From an uncultured Elusimicrobia bacterium (GTDB taxonomy: Bacteria; Elusimicrobiota; Elusimicrobia; CAZMIB01), in the NCBI GenBank assembly GCA_964566245.1, contig CAZMIB010000001.1:4777-68776 (forward strand): a stretch of DNA of 64,000 nucleotides. The letters run 5' to 3'. Below are positions 59,533 to 64,000 of this stretch, one piece after another. The notes under the pieces were generated by a model. The model was not told where the DNA came from and ran no database searches. It saw only the letters and a list, made by a program, of their open reading frames with translations. Position 1 is the first letter of the stretch. Each line of letters begins with the position of its first letter. Both the position numbers and the translations under genes were made by a program.

Positions 59533-60572
59533 TGAATTTCAAGCAATTGGTTTCCCAGATTGAAGAAACCCATGGCGCCCTCCAGCGGCGGGCGGTGGCC
59601 GTCGTGGACGTGGCGCTTGTCATGCGGAATTGGCTGATCGGTCGCCATATCGTCGAGTACGAGCAGAAGGGGGCCGATCGCGCGGCTTATGGCGAGCGGC
59701 TGATACCCAAATTGGCCGAGGCCTTTGCCGGGCGAACCCAAGGGTTCTCGTTGTCCAATTTAAAACTGATGCGGCAATTTTTCCTGCTGTATCCGCAGAA
59801 AGGCCAGACAGTGTCTGGCTTTTTGGATGCCGACGGTCCACGGGGCAAGATGGGCCGGACACCCTCTGGCCAAAGGGACTCGTTACCCCTTACTTGGTCT
59901 CATTACGTGTTCTTGATGCAAATAACGAACGCGCAAGAGAGGCAGTTTTACGAAATAGAGGCGGTCAAGGAAAACTGGGCGATCCGTGAGTTGAAAAGAC
60001 AATACAACTCATCGCTCTACGAACGGCTGTCCCTCAGTCGCGACAAGAAGCAGGTGCGTTCCCTGGCGAGAAAGGGACATATCATCGCATCCGCGCAAGA
60101 CGCGGTGAAAGACCCCTATGTGCTGGAGTTCCTTGGATTGCGGGAGGCGGTGGCCTACTCCGAGAGCGACTTGGAATCAGCCATCATCGACAAACTGGAG
60201 CACTTCCTTCTTGAGCTAGGCAAGGGATTCTTGTTCGAAGCGCGTCAAAAACGGATCACGTTCAATGAAGAGCATTATTTTGTGGACTTGGTTTTCTACA
60301 ACCGCCTTCTCCGTTGTTACGTCGTCATCGATCTGAAGATCGGGAAGCTGACCCACCAGGACCTGGGCCAGCTCCAAATGTACGTGAACTATTTCGACCG
60401 GCGTGTAAAAACGAAGGATGAGGAGCCCACTATCGGCATCCTATTGTGCAAGACAAAAAGCGACGCTTTGGTCGAGATGGCCTTGCCGAAAGGCAACCGC
60501 ACGATTTTCGCGAGTCGTTATCAACTCTACTTGCCCAGTAAAGAGGAGTTGCGCAGGCAGATCAAGGGTTAG
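59529..60572 (+). CDS. YhcG/DUF1016-family PDDEXK nuclease-like protein, inserted between mod and res
   Basis: Full-length relative of the fragment at 48182. The C-terminal part has a PD-(D/E)xK-like FVDLVFYNRLLRCYVVIDLKIGK. Confidence 0.7.
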   Translation: MMNFKQLVSQIEETHGALQRRAVAVVDVALVMRNWLIGRHIVEYEQKGADRAAYGERLIPKLAEAFAGRTQGFSLSNLKLMRQFFLLYPQKGQTVSGFLDADGPRGKMGRTPSGQRDSLPLTWSHYVFLMQITNAQERQFYEIEAVKENWAIRELKRQYNSSLYERLSLSRDKKQVRSLARKGHIIASAQDAVKDPYVLEFLGLREAVAYSESDLESAIIDKLEHFLLELGKGFLFEARQKRITFNEEHYFVDLVFYNRLLRCYVVIDLKIGKLTHQDLGQLQMYVNYFDRRVKTKDEEPTIGILLCKTKSDALVEMALPKGNRTIFASRYQLYLPSKEELRRQIKG

Positions 60573-60688
60573 ATTGTGGAACGATCCGCCATTTTTTCTT
60601 ATCGAAGGACAATTCTCTACGCGGTGCGTAGAGAATTGTCGATTTCCGAGCCGCTGCCGCGGAAATCGGTCCAGAGAGGATCCGCTTT

Positions 60689-63445
60689 ATGAACCCGCAC
60701 GTCAACGCCATCGCCAACCGGCTCAGCCTTCGCCCTCCGCAAAGGACATCGCTCGACATCCTCGCGCGCGTGGCCGACATCCTTTCGTTGGAGAAGGGCA
60801 CGGACGCTGCCCAGGCGCTCAAGGCCATCCAGGCCGAGTTTCCGACCGTCGCGGACTTCGAGAGGGACTTCCCGTCGTTTTGCTTCGCCCTGGCCACCGG
60901 GGTCGGAAAGACGCGTCTCATGGGAGCGTTCATCGCTTACCTTTATAAGAAGGAGGGCATGAGGCACTTCTTCGTGCTGGCTCCGAACCTGACCATCTAC
61001 AACAAGCTCATCGCGGACTTCACCCCAAACACCCCGAAGTACGTCTTTCAGGGCATTGCCGAGTTCGCCGTGGAGCCGCCCTGGATCGTAACCGGGGACA
61101 ACTACGAGGACGGGCGCGGCGTCCGAGGCAGAGAGCTGTTCGATACCGCGGTCCACATCAACATCTTCAACATCAGCAAGATCACAAGCACCGAGACCAT
61201 CGGAGGTGCGACAAGGACGAACGTTCCAAGGTTTCGCCGGCTTCAAGAGTACATCGGCCAAAGCTATTTCGACTATCTATCGGGGTTGGATGACCTGGTC
61301 GTGATCATGGATGAGTCGCACCGCTACCGGGCCTCGGCCGGAATGCGGGCGATCAACGAGCTTAAGCCGGTCCTAGGGCTTGAGCTGACGGCAACGCCGC
61401 AGGTGGAGCGCGGCGGCGGCAGAGACGATTTCCGCAACGTGATCTACGGCTACCCCCTTTCCGACGCCATGAAGGACGGTTTCGTAAAGGAGCCGGCTGT
61501 CGCCACGCGGCAGAATTTCGATATCCGCAACTATGATGAAGCCCGTCTGGAGCGCCTGAAGCTTGAGGATGGCGTCCGCATCCATGAGAACACGAAAGTA
61601 GAGCTTGAGGTCTACGCCCGCGAGAACGGGGCGGCTATCGTCAAGCCGTTCGTGCTCGTTATCGCCAAGGATACGGAGCACGCCAACGCCCTGTTCAAGC
61701 TGATCGAGGACGACACGTTTTTCGAAGGCCGCTACAAGGGCAAGGTGGTCACGGTCCATTCGAACCTGCGCGGCGAGGAAAAGGATGAGACCATCGAGCA
61801 GCTCATTACGGTGGAGAAGGCCGATAACCCGACTGAAATCGTCATCCACGTAAACATGCTCAAGGAGGGGTGGGACGTCACCAATCTTTTCACCATCGTT
61901 CCGCTTCGCGCGGCCAACTCGAAGACCTTGGTCGAGCAATCCATCGGTCGCGGACTGCGCCTCCCCTACGGCAAACGCACCGGCGTTGGCTCCGTGGATC
62001 GACTGACTATCGTCTCTCACGATAAATTTCAAGAGATCATCGATTACGCGAACAGCCCGGAGTCCATTATCAAGGGTGGGCTCAAGATCGTCGGGATTCC
62101 AGAGGGGAGGTCCCAGGTCGTCGTATCACAGCCGGCGATCTACGGATTGCTTTCGGAAACTACGGGCCTGCCCGTCGGCGGCGCCAGCTTCATGTCGCAG
62201 GAAAAGCTGGTCTTCAAGACTCCCAAGGAGCAGGAGGCCGCGAAGGCCACCATCGAGATTATCCGGCGCGAATATGAGCGCCTGCCGAGCTCCGCGGACT
62301 TGGCCAAGCCGGAAATCCAGGAAGAAATCGCTGAGAAGGTCAAAGCTGCCATCGCCCCGGCGCAAGGCGAGCTTGAAGGGGTCGCCGAGAAGATCAACGT
62401 GGCGAAAATCGTCGCGAAGACGATTGAGCTTCGGAATGAATTTTCCATCGATATTCCTAGAATCACGCTTCAGCCGGTCGGAGAAGCGACGCGCGGGTTC
62501 AAGGAATTCAAGTTGGACCTCTCCGGCGTCCGCCTACAGCCGGTGGATAATGAGATCCTCATTCAGCATCTCCAGAGCATGGAGCAGCATCGCCTTATGA
62601 GCAGGGATGGGCTCGTCCCTGAGTCGAAGCCCGAGGACTACCTCATTCGCGGGCTCATCGATTTTAACGACGTGTGCTACGACGATCATGCGGCGCTGCT
62701 CTATGAGCTTGCCGGCCAAGTCGTGGCCCATCTGCGCTCCTATCTGAGAAATCCGGATGAGGTTCTGAACGTCCTTCAATACCATCAACAAGCCCTGGTG
62801 AACCTGACCCACGTACAAATGCAGGACCACTACGAGGAGAAGGCTGCCGCCTACGAAGTGCATGTCAGCAAGGGATTCACGACCTTGCGAGACAATGCTT
62901 ACTCGCTCCCTGCCGATGAATCCGCAAGGGATTTCCGAGTTCCGGTGACCGAGCGGCATGACATCCGCAGGATGCTCTTCAGCGGCTTTAAGAAGTGCCT
63001 CTACCGCGTTCAGAAATTCGATTCGGATCCCGAGAGGCGGTTCGCGGTGGTGCTAGAGAACGATAAAGAGGTTCGCAAGTGGTTCCGGCCCAGCAAGGGT
63101 GATCTGTTGATCCACTACAGCAGCGAAAGCTCTTATGAGGCGGACTTTGTCGTTGAAGCCACGGACGCGAAGTATATCTGTGAGGTCAAGAGCACGGCTG
63201 AACTAGCGGACGTCGAGGTCCTTGCGAAGGCCCGTGCTGCGGTGGAATGGTGCAGACACGCGACGGAGCACGCCAAGGCCCACGGTGGGAAGCCCTGGTC
63301 GTATCTCCTCATTCCGCACGATGTCGTCGCTGACAACAAGAACCTCGCGGGTTTGGCCGCGGCGCACAGTTGTCGAATAGAGCCCACAAGTGAGATGACC
63401 AGCAGTGTTGGCCCCAAATTCGTGAAAGCGGTAAAGAAAAAGTAG
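60689..63445 (+). CDS. res: Type III restriction enzyme Res subunit (helicase plus C-terminal PD-(D/E)xK endonuclease)
   Basis: FALATGVGKTRLMGAF (motif I), VVIMDESHRY (DEAH box), C-terminus ...ADFVVEATDAKYICEVKS. Confidence 0.8.
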   Translation: MNPHVNAIANRLSLRPPQRTSLDILARVADILSLEKGTDAAQALKAIQAEFPTVADFERDFPSFCFALATGVGKTRLMGAFIAYLYKKEGMRHFFVLAPNLTIYNKLIADFTPNTPKYVFQGIAEFAVEPPWIVTGDNYEDGRGVRGRELFDTAVHINIFNISKITSTETIGGATRTNVPRFRRLQEYIGQSYFDYLSGLDDLVVIMDESHRYRASAGMRAINELKPVLGLELTATPQVERGGGRDDFRNVIYGYPLSDAMKDGFVKEPAVATRQNFDIRNYDEARLERLKLEDGVRIHENTKVELEVYARENGAAIVKPFVLVIAKDTEHANALFKLIEDDTFFEGRYKGKVVTVHSNLRGEEKDETIEQLITVEKADNPTEIVIHVNMLKEGWDVTNLFTIVPLRAANSKTLVEQSIGRGLRLPYGKRTGVGSVDRLTIVSHDKFQEIIDYANSPESIIKGGLKIVGIPEGRSQVVVSQPAIYGLLSETTGLPVGGASFMSQEKLVFKTPKEQEAAKATIEIIRREYERLPSSADLAKPEIQEEIAEKVKAAIAPAQGELEGVAEKINVAKIVAKTIELRNEFSIDIPRITLQPVGEATRGFKEFKLDLSGVRLQPVDNEILIQHLQSMEQHRLMSRDGLVPESKPEDYLIRGLIDFNDVCYDDHAALLYELAGQVVAHLRSYLRNPDEVLNVLQYHQQALVNLTHVQMQDHYEEKAAAYEVHVSKGFTTLRDNAYSLPADESARDFRVPVTERHDIRRMLFSGFKKCLYRVQKFDSDPERRFAVVLENDKEVRKWFRPSKGDLLIHYSSESSYEADFVVEATDAKYICEVKSTAELADVEVLAKARAAVEWCRHATEHAKAHGGKPWSYLLIPHDVVADNKNLAGLAAAHSCRIEPTSEMTSSVGPKFVKAVKKK

Positions 63446-63515
63446 CACGCTAATGCAACCGCTGATATCCGAGTTCTCATATGGCTTCACCCGCACTGCC
63501 AAAGGATGCCATCGA

Positions 63516-63659
63516 TGAGCGACGAGATCGACAACCTCACGATGGAAGTGGCGCGGCTGCGCCAAGAGAACGAGTCATTGCGGCAACGGCTCGGCAAGTT
63601 CATCGCGCGCGAGGCGTCGTTCATCCAGAGTGGTACTATTGAGGCAGGCCATGATTAAA
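63516..63659 (+). CDS. Small coiled-coil ORF (47 aa), MSDEIDNLTMEVARLRQENESLRQRLGKF...
   Basis: Read from the sequence. Not in the track because it is shorter than 60 aa. Weak call. Confidence 0.25.
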
Positions 63660-64000
63660 CTCGTCGCGGGCAATCTGCTGGAAGCCGAAGTGGAAGCCCT
63701 GGTCAACACGGTGAACACGGTCGGGGTCATGGGAAAGGGGATCGCCCTTCAGTTCAAACGGTCATTTCCCGACAACTTCCGCGCCTATGAGCGGGCCTGC
63801 AAGAATGGGGAGGTCAAGCTCGGTCGGATGTTCGTCCAAGCGAACCCCGCGCTGCACGGCCCGCGATATATCATCAATTTCCCGACGAAGAGCCACTGGA
63901 AGGGGTCGAGCAAGCTGGAGGATATCCGAACGGGCCTGCGAAGCCTGGTGGAGACGATCAAGCAATACGGAATCAAGTCGATCGCCGTGCCGCCGGTGGG
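63651..64000 (+). CDS. Macro-domain (ADP-ribose-binding/processing) protein, 3'-partial at the window end
   Basis: LVAGNLLEAEVEALVNTVNTVGVMGKGIALQFKRSFP... matches the macro-domain N-terminal pattern. The gene continues beyond 64000. Confidence 0.55.
   Translation, partial: MIKLVAGNLLEAEVEALVNTVNTVGVMGKGIALQFKRSFPDNFRAYERACKNGEVKLGRMFVQANPALHGPRYIINFPTKSHWKGSSKLEDIRTGLRSLVETIKQYGIKSIAVPPV

Overview
This window comes from a high-GC (about 67%) Gram-negative-type bacterial chromosome. Two parts are clearly distinguishable.

Coordinates 1-41.9 kb are core genome. They carry the 3' end of proC, a roughly 1000-aa secreted repeat protein, and three tandem paralogous secreted proteins. A large co-directional purine/pyrimidine de novo biosynthesis supercluster follows: guaB-like, guaA, purC, purS, purL, purQ, purF, purD, purE, pyrB, pyrC, pyrD, pyrF, pyrE, purM, a purN-purH fusion, carA and carB. 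Many of these genes have overlapping start/stop codons. Downstream lie a quinone oxidoreductase, a PIN/Phd-like toxin-antitoxin pair, an osmoprotectant-type ABC transporter and a RibD_C-family reductase.

Coordinates 41.9-64 kb are a lower-GC accessory region that looks like a defense island. It holds an HxlR regulator, an ATP-grasp enzyme, a Schlafen-like AlbA_2/HATPase_c_4 regulator and a Fic protein. IS630 transposase remnants there flank chimeric pseudogenes. A tightly coupled operon follows: an SNF2 helicase, a 64-aa protein, an SMC-like ABC ATPase with a C-terminal Cys cluster, an OLD-family (GajA-like) ATPase-Toprim nuclease, an unknown 260-aa protein and a Type III mod methyltransferase. 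A YhcG/DUF1016 nuclease and the Type III res gene come next, and the window ends in a macro-domain gene.

Two other things stand out. First, a family of GC-rich palindromic elements is dispersed through the core part. Its core is CCCTCACCCC-ACCCTCTCCC-loop-GGGAGAGGGTGGGGGTGAGGG, and longer 117-173 bp versions have terminal inverted repeats. At least 11 copies are present, several inserted in frame into conserved genes (purL, purH, purS, the secreted paralogs, the tail of the EamA transporter). This is analogous to Rickettsia palindromic elements. Second, the defense operon has a composition I cannot assign to a named system from memory.

No rRNA, tRNA or CRISPR array was recognised. Many long ORFs in the six-frame track are alternative-frame or antisense artefacts of the high GC content and were not called.
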